A stretch of 64,000 bases of DNA from an uncultured Acidobacteriaceae bacterium (GCA_963784095.1 CAWAQC010000012.1:281832-345831), one strand, 5' to 3'; positions 54,709-64,000 are shown, counted from the first letter of the stretch. Notes: generated by a model from the letters alone, not told the origin. Numbers and translations: made by a program.

Positions 54709-56337
54709 ATGTTTTCGCAACTGCGCGCCGCGGGCGATACACGAGTCCTCGCCGAAGTCCGCGATGGACAAGTCACTGGCGTCACCGGCAATGAGTTCCT
54801 GGAGCTGGTGCGCAAGGCGAGAACATTTATCGCCTCAAAACGGCTGCTGAAAGGCGCCCGTTGCGGACTGCTCGCCGCCAACAGCATTCGTTGGCTCGCC
54901 GCTGATTTAGCTCTCATGGCCGAGGGATTGATCGTCGTTCCACTTTATTTACGCCAGGCCCCGGCTGAACTAATCGCAATGATGAAGGACTCCACGCCGT
55001 CATTGCTGTGTTGCGGAGGTGCGACTCTGCGCGATGCGATTGCGCAAAGCTGGCCCGAAGCGCCACCGCAATGCCTGTTCGATGAAATATTCGCCGGAGT
55101 GGAGGGCATTCAGCTGGAGCGACCGCAGGTGGGCAGAGATGATCCGGTCACGATTATCTATACCTCGGGAACTTCCGGTGAAGCAAAAGGTGTCTTGCTC
55201 ACGGCGTCCAACATAGGTTTCATGTTGGACCGCACATCGGAGCGATTGGCTCAGTTAATGACAGGTTCGAAAGAACAGGACCGCATTTTCCATTATTTGC
55301 CGTTCACCTTCGCCGCGTCCTGGATCGCAATGCTGACGTTTCTCATGCGCCGCAGCCTGGTCACGATCAATATGGATCTGACAAGGATCGCCAGCGATTT
55401 GCGCACGGTGGCTCCTGATTATTGTCTCAACGTTCCGCAATTGCTCGAGCGCATGCGCCGCGCCGTGGACGAGCAACTCTGGCAGACTGGCGGAGCCGTG
55501 CAGGCCGTCTATTCGCGAGCCAAAGGCGCCTGGGCGCGCAAGCAGGATGCCCAGCCGCAATCGGGCGATGCTTTCTGGTTGTGGTTGGCGAACCGCTTGG
55601 TGTTTCCCGCGATCCGCAAGAAAATGATTGGCAAAAATCTGAAGGCGCTGATTTGCGGATCCGCCCCGCTGAGCGCGGAAACCCAACTGTATTTCATGAT
55701 GCTCGGAATTCGCGTGCTGCAAGTCTACGGACTCACAGAAACCACGGCGATTTGCACCATGGACGATCCTGACCGAGTAGAAGTCGGGCGCGTGGGCCCA
55801 GCAATCTCCGGAATGGAAATGCGCCTCGCGGACAATGACGAAATCGTAGTTCGCGGACCCAACATTTTTGCCGGCTATTGGAACCGGCCTGAGCAAACGG
55901 CGCAAGCGCTGCGCGACGGATGGTTTCATACCGGCGACCAGGGAGAAATGAATGCCGCCGGCAACTGGCGCATCGCGGGGCGGCTTAAGAATCTGATCGT
56001 GCTGGGCTCGGGGCACAAGCTCTCGCCGGAGATAATCGAAACCGCAATCAGCAAAAGTTTGCCCGCTCAGCAAGTCATCATCCTAGGGAACGGCCGCGGA
56101 TACCTGACCGCAATCGTCGCTGGAAACGTGACCACTAAGCAGGTGCAAACTGCCCTGGATGCAGTGAATGCCGAAATGCCGCATTATAAGCAGGTGCGCG
56201 GGTTTGTGATCCGCGAGGAAGCGTTCACCATCGAAAACGGATGTTTGACCGTAAACGGCAAACTCAAACGCGATGTGATTGCGGCGCGTATGAAGAACGA
56301 GATTGAAGAAATGTATGGAGTGAAGCAGGCAGTTTAG
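54709..56337 (+). CDS. long-chain fatty acid--CoA ligase-like adenylating enzyme
   Basis: AMP-binding motifs IIYTSGTSGEAKGVLLT, QVYGLTET, GWFHTGDQG and GRLKNLIVLGSGHKLSPEIIE. The start is uncertain (ATG at 54709 or TTG at 54640). Confidence 0.8.
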   Translation: MFSQLRAAGDTRVLAEVRDGQVTGVTGNEFLELVRKARTFIASKRLLKGARCGLLAANSIRWLAADLALMAEGLIVVPLYLRQAPAELIAMMKDSTPSLLCCGGATLRDAIAQSWPEAPPQCLFDEIFAGVEGIQLERPQVGRDDPVTIIYTSGTSGEAKGVLLTASNIGFMLDRTSERLAQLMTGSKEQDRIFHYLPFTFAASWIAMLTFLMRRSLVTINMDLTRIASDLRTVAPDYCLNVPQLLERMRRAVDEQLWQTGGAVQAVYSRAKGAWARKQDAQPQSGDAFWLWLANRLVFPAIRKKMIGKNLKALICGSAPLSAETQLYFMMLGIRVLQVYGLTETTAICTMDDPDRVEVGRVGPAISGMEMRLADNDEIVVRGPNIFAGYWNRPEQTAQALRDGWFHTGDQGEMNAAGNWRIAGRLKNLIVLGSGHKLSPEIIETAISKSLPAQQVIILGNGRGYLTAIVAGNVTTKQVQTALDAVNAEMPHYKQVRGFVIREEAFTIENGCLTVNGKLKRDVIAARMKNEIEEMYGVKQAV

Positions 56338-56358
56338 TTCTTAGCCCCCTGGAGGAGT

Positions 56359-57216
56359 TTGGAAATTAGCAGGCACAGCGCGTTGCGGGAAGAGCAGGTT
56401 GAACCGGTATCGGCCAGCCAATGCACGGGGAGCGCTCTATCTTGGAGGCTGAAAGACGGGGTCATCGAGCTGGCGTTGCATCGCGCGCCTTGCAACGAAC
56501 TGGGATCGGCGTCGCTCGCGGAATTGGAAAACTTTGCCACCGATCTGCAGCGTATGCAGGAAGAGGCTCATGCGCTGGTAATCTACAGCGAATTGAAATC
56601 GGGATTCTGTGCTGGAGCCGACTTGCGCGAACTTTATCACCGCTCGCAAGCCATGGACGGGGCCTCTGCATCGAAAGGCGTCCGCGATTTTCTGGAGCGC
56701 ATTCACCGCGTGCTGAACCTGATCGATGGTGCTCCTTTGACCACAATTGCGGTAGTGCATGGAGTAACGTTTGGCGGAGGATTCGAGCTCGCGCTGGCTT
56801 GCGACTTGATCGTCGCGGATAAGATGGCGCGCTTCTGTTTTCCAGAACTGAGACTCGGACTTATTCCGGGATTCGGCGGCATTCCGCGCCTGAAACGCGA
56901 CCTGGGCAATGCGGTTGTAAGAGATCTTTTGCTTACCGGACGCAGTTTTAATGCGGCCAAGGCGCAGCAGATCGGGCTGGTGAGCCAGGTGGTTGCTGAA
57001 GGCGAAGCTCTGCGGGCGGCGCGGGCAATGGCAGCGCAGTTAGGAAAATTCGATCGTGCGACGGCAACGGCAGCCAAGAGATTCGTCAAACCGATTCCGC
57101 ATGACGAACTGAGGCAGGAGATCGATCTATTTTGCGAACTATTTTCACGCGCGCCGGTGCAGGCCGGGTTGCGGAAGTTTGTGGAGAGCACCGATGCGCA
57201 ACCGTATTTGCCGTGA
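56359..57216 (+). CDS. enoyl-CoA hydratase/isomerase (crotonase) family protein
   Basis: Oxyanion-hole motifs FCAGADLRELY and VTFGGGFELALACDLIVA. Confidence 0.8.
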   Translation: MEISRHSALREEQVEPVSASQCTGSALSWRLKDGVIELALHRAPCNELGSASLAELENFATDLQRMQEEAHALVIYSELKSGFCAGADLRELYHRSQAMDGASASKGVRDFLERIHRVLNLIDGAPLTTIAVVHGVTFGGGFELALACDLIVADKMARFCFPELRLGLIPGFGGIPRLKRDLGNAVVRDLLLTGRSFNAAKAQQIGLVSQVVAEGEALRAARAMAAQLGKFDRATATAAKRFVKPIPHDELRQEIDLFCELFSRAPVQAGLRKFVESTDAQPYLP

Positions 57217-57272
57217 GGCGCTTTGAGTGCAGGCCAAGAGCGAAAAGCAAAGTCGCTTAGGCGGAAGCCGCT

Positions 57273-57545
57273 ATGGAATCGCGTTTGTTCATGCAACGAC
57301 CTATGCCTACTACTGATAAGACGCTCGAGGAAATCCTGAACCTTGCCGCCGCCCACTTCAAAGTGCCGCGGGAAAAACTAAATCCGGACGAGGACTTTTT
57401 CAAGGCCCTGGGAATCGACAGCCTACAGACCCTCGATCTACTAACGAAATTAGAGAATCATTTTCATATCGAGCTTCCGGATTACGAGTTACAAGGAGTT
57501 TCGGACTTTCGCAGCCTGGCGGAAAAAATTCAGGCGAGACTTTAA
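57273..57545 (+). CDS. acyl carrier protein
   Basis: Phosphopantetheine site FFKALGIDSLQTLDLLTKLE. It is ~80-90 aa and the start may be the internal MPTTDK (57303). Confidence 0.8.
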   Translation: MESRLFMQRPMPTTDKTLEEILNLAAAHFKVPREKLNPDEDFFKALGIDSLQTLDLLTKLENHFHIELPDYELQGVSDFRSLAEKIQARL

Positions 57546-57648
57546 CGCACCGATTGTTGACTGCTGAATTTTGACTGACGATTCTAATCGTGTCCGCAGC
57601 CCTGGGTTGTTAATCAACAATCACCCATCTACAATCAGCAATTCTTTC
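57546..57648. repeat. GATTG/CAATC-type spacer element inside the operon
   Basis: cgattgttgactgctgaattttgactgacgattctaatcg...gttgttaatcaacaatcacccatctacaatcagcaattc has the same GATTG/CAATC vocabulary as 1142-1246 and 3499-3623. Confidence 0.45.
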
Positions 57649-59358
57649 ATGCTCGATCTCCAAAAATACAGTTGCCTGGGCGCGGCATTGCGGGATGCGC
57701 TCGACGGTTTCTCCAGCGAAACCTGCCTGATCGAGGCGGATCGCGACCGCGAGAAAACGCGGCTAACTTATTCTGATTTCAAAGAAATCGCGCTGCCGCT
57801 CGCGCGCGCCCTCGAAGACGCCGAATTCGAAACGGGAGACCGCGCCGCGATCCTGATGACGAATCAGTCGAAGTGGCTGATCTCTGCGTATGCGATTTTC
57901 TACACCGGCGGCGTGCTTGTCCCACTCGATTATAAGCTGACCGCAAGCGAGCACTTGCAATTACTCTCGCACTCGAAAGCCAAGGTGCTCGTGGTCGAAT
58001 ATTATCTATGGCGCGCGATCATGCAGGCGACGGAATTTCATAACATCGGCACGAAGCTCGTTCTTGTCACGGAAGCCCCCATCGGCGCAGATCTTGCCGG
58101 CGGATTTCGCTGGGAAGATTTCAAACGCAAAGGCACGCCGGATTTCGTGATGCGGCAGAGAGAGGATGTAGCCTGCATCGTTTATTCTTCCGGCACGGGT
58201 GGCCGCCCGAAGGGATGCGTGCTCACGCACGAAAACTATCTCGAGCAGTGCCGCACGTTGACAGCGTGGTATCCGTTCTGGCCCGGAGTGCGGTATCTAA
58301 GCATTCTGCCTACGAATCACGCTATCGACTTCATGGTGGGCTTCATCGGTCCTTTTGTATGCGGCGCCTGCGTAGTCCATTTGCGAACGCTGCGTCCCGA
58401 GTTTGTGCGGAATGCATTTGTGCGCTATCGCATCACTTATGTTTCGCTTGTCCCGATGATCGTGAAAAATCTGGAGCGCGGCCTGCAAGCAAAGATAAAT
58501 GAACTTCCTGGCTGGAAGCGCGCTGTCTTGAACCGCCTGATCGCGGTCAACAAGGCGCTGACGAAAAAAAGGCCGAGACCCAAGCTGAGCCGCGCTCTGT
58601 TGCCCGGCGTTCACCGCGCCTTTGGTGGAGAACTTCTGGCATTAATCACCGGGGGCGCGTTTATGGAGCCCTCCACGATGCAGTTCTTTTACGACCTCGG
58701 AATTCCCGTCGTGAATGGTTATGGGCTTACCGAAGCCGGGACTGCCCTCACGCTGAACGATCTAAAACCTTTTCGTGCCGACACAGTCGGCAAGCCGCTC
58801 CCTGGCGTGGAGCTGCGTGTACTCAGTCCGAACGAGGAAGGCATCGGCGAAATCGCCGCCCGCAGCAAAACCATCATGTCGCATTACCTAGATGATCCCG
58901 AATTGACCCTCGAAACCATTGTCGAAGGCTGGTTATTGACGGGCGATCTCGGCCGGTTCGAGAAGAGCGGTCATCTGCAGCTTTTCGGCCGCAAGAAAAA
59001 TATGATCGTTACCGAGGGTGGAAAGAATATTTATCCCGAAGATATTGAAACCGTTTTTGACGGCCTGCCAGTGAAGGAATATTGCTTGTTTGCGTCAAAT
59101 TATTTGTGGCCACAGAAACAACTTGGCCGCGAGATGCTGGTACTGGCCCTGCGCCTGGAGCAGAACCAGCGTTTCGACACCACGTTGCTGGAAGAGCTTC
59201 TGAAACGGAATCGCCGCCTGCCGGATTTTAAGCGGGTTGGCGCCTATGTGATCTGGGAAAAGGATTTCCCCCGTACCGCATCGATGAAAATCAAGCGGCA
59301 AATGCTGGCAGAAGGAATCGGCAAAACACTCGGGCCAGGGGCGGTAGTAACTCTGTGA
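57649..59358 (+). CDS. second AMP-dependent adenylating enzyme (acyl-ACP/CoA synthetase or FAAL-like)
   Basis: [62 protein letters not shown] and the terminal [10 protein letters not shown]. The start MLDLQK at 57649 is preferred. Confidence 0.8.
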   Translation: MLDLQKYSCLGAALRDALDGFSSETCLIEADRDREKTRLTYSDFKEIALPLARALEDAEFETGDRAAILMTNQSKWLISAYAIFYTGGVLVPLDYKLTASEHLQLLSHSKAKVLVVEYYLWRAIMQATEFHNIGTKLVLVTEAPIGADLAGGFRWEDFKRKGTPDFVMRQREDVACIVYSSGTGGRPKGCVLTHENYLEQCRTLTAWYPFWPGVRYLSILPTNHAIDFMVGFIGPFVCGACVVHLRTLRPEFVRNAFVRYRITYVSLVPMIVKNLERGLQAKINELPGWKRAVLNRLIAVNKALTKKRPRPKLSRALLPGVHRAFGGELLALITGGAFMEPSTMQFFYDLGIPVVNGYGLTEAGTALTLNDLKPFRADTVGKPLPGVELRVLSPNEEGIGEIAARSKTIMSHYLDDPELTLETIVEGWLLTGDLGRFEKSGHLQLFGRKKNMIVTEGGKNIYPEDIETVFDGLPVKEYCLFASNYLWPQKQLGREMLVLALRLEQNQRFDTTLLEELLKRNRRLPDFKRVGAYVIWEKDFPRTASMKIKRQMLAEGIGKTLGPGAVVTL

Positions 59359-60263
59359 CCGGACAGAAAGCCTACCTCGCCATTGTAAATCCTGCGGCGG
59401 GCGGCGGGCGGTCACGCAAATTGCTTAGGCCGGCGTTGGAGCGTTTACGGGCGACCGGAGTCGCGATTGAACTCGCCGAAACTAAGAGCGCGGGAGACGC
59501 AACCCGCATTGCCCGTGAGGCGTATAGAAGCGGCCAGCGCCGGTTTATAGCGGTTGGCGGCGACGGAACTTCTTATGAAATTGTGAATGGATTGTTCCCT
59601 GACGCGCTCAAGGGCGAACGCCCCACGCTTGGATTCCTGCCGTTAGGAACCGGCAATTCTTTTCTGCGTGACTTCAGCGACCGTGGCGCCGAGCACGCGA
59701 TTGAATCCCTGATCGCAGGAAAATCCCAGCTTTGTGATGTCTTGCGCCTACGTCATCGCACCGGGATTCTACATTACATCAACTTGCTGAGCCTGGGATT
59801 TCCTGCCGACGTTGCGACCTTGCGGGCGCGGCGTTTCAGCGCCCAGGGGGAATTGGGCTACATCATTTCCATTTTTCTAGGCCTTGCGCGGCTGCAGCGT
59901 CGGCCATTTCCTGTGCGCGCGGATGGTGAAACCGAATTCGATCGCCGCAGCTGCCTTTTTCTCACTTTCAACAACAGCAAATTCACCGGGGGCACGATGG
60001 TGATCGCACCAAAAGCGCAGGTGAACAGCGGGATGATCGAATACGTCCGTTGGGGGCCTATTGGTAGGCTTGGACTGATTCGCAATCTGCCTACGCTTTA
60101 TGATGGAACGCACATCCAGCACCCATCGGCCGAACGAAAAGCGGTGAAGCGAGTCGAGTTCAACCTGGAAGCTCCGGTCGATGTGATGATCGATGGAGAG
60201 GTATTGACGCTCCATTGCGAGGAACTCGACGTTTTGCCGGGCGCGTTGAATGTCGCCGCCTGA
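59355..60263 (+). CDS. diacylglycerol-kinase-family lipid kinase (YegS/BmrU-like)
   Basis: [32 protein letters not shown] and [16 protein letters not shown]. There is a 4-bp overlap with the upstream adenylase gene. Confidence 0.8.
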   Translation: MTGQKAYLAIVNPAAGGGRSRKLLRPALERLRATGVAIELAETKSAGDATRIAREAYRSGQRRFIAVGGDGTSYEIVNGLFPDALKGERPTLGFLPLGTGNSFLRDFSDRGAEHAIESLIAGKSQLCDVLRLRHRTGILHYINLLSLGFPADVATLRARRFSAQGELGYIISIFLGLARLQRRPFPVRADGETEFDRRSCLFLTFNNSKFTGGTMVIAPKAQVNSGMIEYVRWGPIGRLGLIRNLPTLYDGTHIQHPSAERKAVKRVEFNLEAPVDVMIDGEVLTLHCEELDVLPGALNVAA

Positions 60264-60302
60264 GGCCGTGATATAAAAATGAAATCATAATGGAAACGAA
60301 TC

Positions 60303-60731
60303 ATGTCTGAAGTTCGTCGAAAACGGCAAGAGAAACGTTTAGGCAAGCAGGAACCGAGCTTGAAAAGTAGCCGGGAAAAGCTGATCTGGGCTGGGATTGC
60401 GGCTGTGCTGATTATTGCCTATGCAGGTTTTTGGTACTACAACAACCATCGCTACGACGGATTTGCCAAATGCCTGGCCTCGGCGCACGCGAAAATGTAT
60501 GGCCTGTATTGGTGTCCGCATTGCGCCGAGCAGAAAGGCGAATTCGGCAGGGCCTTCAAATATGTGCCCTATGTCGAGTGCGCCATCAAAGGCTCGCATG
60601 AGCTTGCGCCCGCCTGCAAGGCAGCTGGCGTAAAGTTGTTTCCCAGTTGGCAGTTCGGCAATAATCCTCCGGTCGAAGGCGTTTTCCCTATGCAGGAATT
60701 AAGCGATAAAACCGGATGCCGCTTGCCGTGA
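60303..60731 (+). CDS. membrane-anchored thioredoxin-like protein (VKOR partner domain as a separate gene)
   Basis: One TM segment (LIWAGIAAVLIIAYAGFWYY), then AKMYGLYWCPHCAEQKGEFG...VPYVECA. This closely resembles the Trx-like domain fused to cyanobacterial VKOR. Confidence 0.7.
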   Translation: MSEVRRKRQEKRLGKQEPSLKSSREKLIWAGIAAVLIIAYAGFWYYNNHRYDGFAKCLASAHAKMYGLYWCPHCAEQKGEFGRAFKYVPYVECAIKGSHELAPACKAAGVKLFPSWQFGNNPPVEGVFPMQELSDKTGCRLP

Positions 60732-61195
60732 CGCCCGATTCCAAAGAACCGAGGCAGCTTGATTCGACTCCTGCAAAGGATAATCGTCCGTTCTTTGCCG
60801 TGATTGCAGTGCTGGCCGTTCTAGGGATTGCGGTCTCTGCTGTTTCGTTGCAGCGGCATTATGCAAAATCGCAAACGAAATTTTGCGATATCGCTGTGCA
60901 ATTCAATTGCGACATTGTGAACCGCAGCGAGTTTTCTTCGTTCTTTGGAATTCCGGTCGCCGGCATCGGAGTGGCCGGCTACGCAGTCATTCTGGCGCTT
61001 GCCACCATTTATCGATTACGCCACTGGGTGCCGAATGTTTTACTCGCGGGAGCGCTTGCTGGCCTCGTTTTTTCGCTTTACCTGACCTACGTTGAGGGTT
61101 TCGTTTTGGACACCTGGTGCATTCTGTGTTTGAGTTCGCTGGCGATCATCGCATCGATCTCGACGTTGGCAGGCGTAATTAACAGCAGAACATAG
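60716..61195 (+). CDS. vitamin K epoxide reductase (VKOR) family protein
   Basis: Loop cysteines and the Ser motif CDIAVQFNCDIVNRSEFSSFFGIPVAGIGVAGY, with the active-site CxxC in the last TM (WCILCLSS). It has four TM segments and a 16-bp overlap with the Trx-like gene. Confidence 0.8.
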   Translation: MPLAVTPDSKEPRQLDSTPAKDNRPFFAVIAVLAVLGIAVSAVSLQRHYAKSQTKFCDIAVQFNCDIVNRSEFSSFFGIPVAGIGVAGYAVILALATIYRLRHWVPNVLLAGALAGLVFSLYLTYVEGFVLDTWCILCLSSLAIIASISTLAGVINSRT

Positions 61196-61258
61196 TGAGA
61201 TGCCCAAAGCCTGCTGTCATTGGTTTGAAAATGCATCTCCGAGCGAAGCAATCGCCCG

Positions 61259-62101
61259 ATGCCGAGCATCCGAAGAACTGAAAACCATGCTGCGCCCTTC
61301 ACACAAGCGGCAGGCGCCACGGGTGATCTGCGTCTGCACGAATTTCACAGCCGAATCTTTCGCAACACTCGTTTTCTGCGGATCTGGCTTCCTCCCGGAT
61401 ACGACGATCGCGAAAACGAAAGCAAACATTATCCGGTGCTGTACTTGAACGATGGCCAGAATCTGTTTGAAGCCTCATCTTCGTTCGCCGGAGTTGAATG
61501 GCAGGTCGATGAAACCGCCGATCGCCTGATTCGCGAAGGAACTGTGCCTCCGCTGATTATCGTCGGAATCGATAATACGGGCAAAGACCGCCTCCGCGAA
61601 TACATGCCGCACCGCTCCGTTCATCCCATGATGCTGCGAGTGCAGGGCAGATATTATCCCGATTTCCTGTTCAAAGAGGTGGTGCCGTTCGTCGAGCAGA
61701 ATTATCGTGTGCTTTCCGCACCCGAACAAACCGGATTCGGCGGCTCTTCGCTGGGAGCGCTGATCGCCTTGTATGCGGCCATCGCGCGGCCGGGAAGAAT
61801 CGGCCGCTTGCTGCTCGAGAGTCCATCGCTGTGGGTCTCAAACCGGCAGGTTCTGAAGCAAAGCCGATCCGTCAGAATTTGGCCGGAACGAGTGTTCCTC
61901 GCCGCGGGAACCGTCGAAGCGGCGAATGCAGAGAAGAGCCGCAGCGCAGCCAATAACGTTCAAGAGCTTGGCGCAATTATTCGCCGTGCGGTGTTGAGCG
62001 AAAGGCGCCTGCGCGTTGTGATTCAGGAGAGCGCCGGGCATTCCGAATCAGCCTGGGCACAAAGATTTCCTGAAGCGTTACAGTTTCTGTTCGGTAACTA
62101 A
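61259..62101 (+). CDS. alpha/beta hydrolase, 'putative esterase' (IroE/Fes/CE1-like) family
   Basis: RIWLPPGYDD...YPVLYLNDGQNLF...PPLIIVGIDN...REY, with the nucleophile elbow GFGGSSLGAL. Confidence 0.7.
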   Translation: MPSIRRTENHAAPFTQAAGATGDLRLHEFHSRIFRNTRFLRIWLPPGYDDRENESKHYPVLYLNDGQNLFEASSSFAGVEWQVDETADRLIREGTVPPLIIVGIDNTGKDRLREYMPHRSVHPMMLRVQGRYYPDFLFKEVVPFVEQNYRVLSAPEQTGFGGSSLGALIALYAAIARPGRIGRLLLESPSLWVSNRQVLKQSRSVRIWPERVFLAAGTVEAANAEKSRSAANNVQELGAIIRRAVLSERRLRVVIQESAGHSESAWAQRFPEALQFLFGN

Positions 62102-63369
62102 TTGTTGAGGCGAAGTCGCAAATCCCGTGGTCCGCCTGAGTTCCAAATCACGTAAACAATCGCGACCATCACCGGCACGGTGAGCTGCAGGTGCGTCCAG
62201 CGTGCCAAAGGGCCGAGCAGCGGCAGTATGAAGGCCAAATAGAGAAGAACCGGGAGATACGCTGCCATCTCGCCGCGGCGGGCAATAATCGAATCTGAGA
62301 GCAGCAAGAACGCAGGCGCAAGAATGACCAGGTCATAGACCGTCAGATGCGGCGCGAGCAATGCGCTTGCAAACAACAGTGCTGAGAAGCGCAACGAAAG
62401 CGGCAATCGTCTTCGCCAACAGGAGACGAGCAGAACAGAGATGAATAGTCCGCTGAGAACGTATAACGTAAATGAGAGCGATGGCCACGGAATCAGCATG
62501 CTCCAGAATGTACGCAAGCAGTGCGTCTGATAAGGTCTGGGCTCAAGCAAGCTGAGTTGGTTGCGTACTCGAGACAGCGCCCGTATCCAGCCACGAAGAG
62601 GGCCGAGGCCGTAGTAGAGCACGCCACCGGTCAGCTCAAGCAACGAGGATAAAAGCGCACCGACAATTAATCGCCAGCTAAACGCGAATATAAAAACGAT
62701 GGCCGCGCCCACCGCTAATTGGGGTTTGAAGATAAGGCATCCGAAAGCCAAGCCGGCAAGGAATTCGCGCTTGGCGCGCAATGCGAAAAAGGCCGCTGTG
62801 AAGCAAGCCAGCGCGAGCGCGGAAGTTTGTCCCCATGCAATCAAGTGCCAGAATGCGGGGAAGGCGAAAGCCAGAATAAGACTCGTGATCTTTTGGTTTC
62901 TCACCTTGGGACAGGCTCGCCAAAACGCATAGCAGCAAAAAAAGTAGATTAACGAACTCAGCGCCAGCCATTCGACCAGAGCCCAGGCATAAGAAAGTTT
63001 GGCAAACGGTGCAAACAAAATCGAAAGCTGCGGCGGATAAAGCGGCAGATAGGTAATGCCGGCCGCCGCCGGAACGCGTTTCGCGGCGATTTCGGCTTGC
63101 GCGCTCAAGTTGTACAAATTTGCGCCATCGTGAACCAGCGCGAGCGAACCAAGCGTGTAGAGGTGCAAGAAGTCAGCACCCTTCAAATTACCGACGCGGT
63201 CCCGCAGACCGGGCGAGCTCATATTCCAAACGTAAACCGAGCACAGGCACAGCGCGAGGATCAGGCCGTGGGCGCGTACGCGGCGCGCTGTTATCCACGA
63301 CGCTGAAGCGCCCATCACGAGTCCGCCTGGCAACGACTCATAGAGATGCAGCGCATGATTTCGCCGCAC
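62098..63369 (-). CDS. polytopic membrane protein, DUF2029/GT87-like glycosyltransferase
   Basis: There are ~10 TM segments and an N-terminal loop GADFLHLYTLG, as in the DUF2029 (GT87 mannosyltransferase-like) family. The start may be the MGASASW ATG at 63315. Confidence 0.45.
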   Translation of the reverse strand: MRRNHALHLYESLPGGLVMGASASWITARRVRAHGLILALCLCSVYVWNMSSPGLRDRVGNLKGADFLHLYTLGSLALVHDGANLYNLSAQAEIAAKRVPAAAGITYLPLYPPQLSILFAPFAKLSYAWALVEWLALSSLIYFFCCYAFWRACPKVRNQKITSLILAFAFPAFWHLIAWGQTSALALACFTAAFFALRAKREFLAGLAFGCLIFKPQLAVGAAIVFIFAFSWRLIVGALLSSLLELTGGVLYYGLGPLRGWIRALSRVRNQLSLLEPRPYQTHCLRTFWSMLIPWPSLSFTLYVLSGLFISVLLVSCWRRRLPLSLRFSALLFASALLAPHLTVYDLVILAPAFLLLSDSIIARRGEMAAYLPVLLYLAFILPLLGPLARWTHLQLTVPVMVAIVYVIWNSGGPRDLRLRLNN

Positions 63370-64000
63370 GGAGCCGCGATTCGGAATTTGAGTCTCGTGT
63401 TGTGAGCATGATTAAAAACAGTAACAGGACAAGATAGGGAACGAGCAGGGCCACGGCGGACGGTAATAACGGAATCCGCTTGGGAGAATCGAGATCAGTC
63501 CGATAAAGCAGGAGGAACAACGAACAAACGTAAGGCCAAGCCAGCGCAGAAGCAAAAATTCGGCGCGCGATTTTCGGGAGACTAGTCCAATCTCGAAGAA
63601 TCATCAAAATAGGAAACAGCAACAGAACCTGGTTGTATGGAGTTAAGATCGGGAGCACAAGAGTTGCGCCGATAAAGGACGCCGCGAGCGTTAGCGAGAA
63701 TTCCGGCGAGCTTGCATCTTTGCACCGATTCCGCCACGCGAGGGCAAATATGCTGATGATCGCGATTGCCGAAATCACTCCGCCGCCAATGTTGCCGAAA
63801 ACGAGGCAAAGTAACGAAGTCGTAGGAAAATAATTCCGGTACGCGAAGAGTCCTTCCACGAAGTAACGAGGCCATCGCGGAAGAACAATCTCTCCCAGTC
63901 CAACCAAAACGGCAAAAACTATACCGAAACCCGCCAGTAACGGCCATCGCTTTCTCGCCCCGCTCAAACCCCAAAACAGAAACCATGCCAGCGGCAGAAC
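63338..64000 (-). CDS. polytopic membrane protein (partial; frame stays open to the window edge)
   Basis: The hydrophobic ORF continues upstream of the listed TTG start (VLPLAWFLFWG LSGARKRW...). It is probably the C-terminal part of a larger GT-C-like membrane protein. Confidence 0.35.
   Translation of the reverse strand, partial: VLPLAWFLFWGLSGARKRWPLLAGFGIVFAVLVGLGEIVLPRWPRYFVEGLFAYRNYFPTTSLLCLVFGNIGGGVISAIAIISIFALAWRNRCKDASSPEFSLTLAASFIGATLVLPILTPYNQVLLLFPILMILRDWTSLPKIARRIFASALAWPYVCSLFLLLYRTDLDSPKRIPLLPSAVALLVPYLVLLLFLIMLTTRDSNSESRLRAAKSCAASL

Noticed and set aside
55255-56073. 272-aa ORF antisense to the first adenylase gene, together with the similar 49640-50335 ORF antisense to the FAR fusion
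   Set aside because: They lie opposite CDSs with clear AMP-binding and Rossmann motifs, so they are shadow ORFs.
1-64000. CRISPR arrays, rRNA operons, and prophage or defence-island signatures
   Set aside because: There are no regularly spaced direct repeats of 24-40 bp, no rRNA-like stretches, and no recognisable nuclease, ATPase, methylase or toxin-antitoxin gene sets. The only mobile DNA seen is the gutted IS at 48772-49516.

Overview
This is a chromosomal segment of a moderately GC-rich bacterium. The gene content (Ser/Thr kinase with a TolB-like propeller, Tat-exported ferritin-like paralogues, a sedolisin, an RRM protein) and the dense intergenic repeats suggest Acidobacteriota, but that is inference only. 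I call about 55 protein genes. I found no rRNA, tRNA or CRISPR array.

The left two thirds of the window is mostly housekeeping and envelope genes:
- Housekeeping: arginase, asnS, ggt, a ClC channel, queG, split LigD modules, purB, nth, ubiX and larB.
- Envelope and secreted: a PQQ dehydrogenase with a dihaem cytochrome c, a sedolisin, and two ferritin-like Tat substrates followed by a 49-aa tatA that the ORF track misses.
- Many secreted hypothetical proteins.

The most interesting locus is 49.6-60.3 kb, a very tightly packed 8-gene operon. It encodes:
- a degenerate-HAD::fatty-acyl-reductase fusion
- a second thioester-reductase SDR
- a pyruvyl-transferase-family enzyme
- two adenylating enzymes
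- a crotonase
- a dedicated ACP
- a DAGK-type lipid kinase

It is followed by a split Trx-like/VKOR pair and an esterase, and preceded by a gutted IS element with intact terminal inverted repeats. I read it as a candidate undescribed lipid (fatty alcohol, ether or diol) pathway.

Other notable items:
- a small basic protein, response regulator and RRM protein in a translationally coupled trio
- a chain of ATGA-coupled micro-ORFs and a structured 350-bp spacer downstream of tatA
- an LRAT-like secreted protein
- two families of dispersed intergenic repeats, one of which runs into ORF ends and produces Lys/Arg-rich tails

All family calls rest on motifs read by eye. No database search was run.
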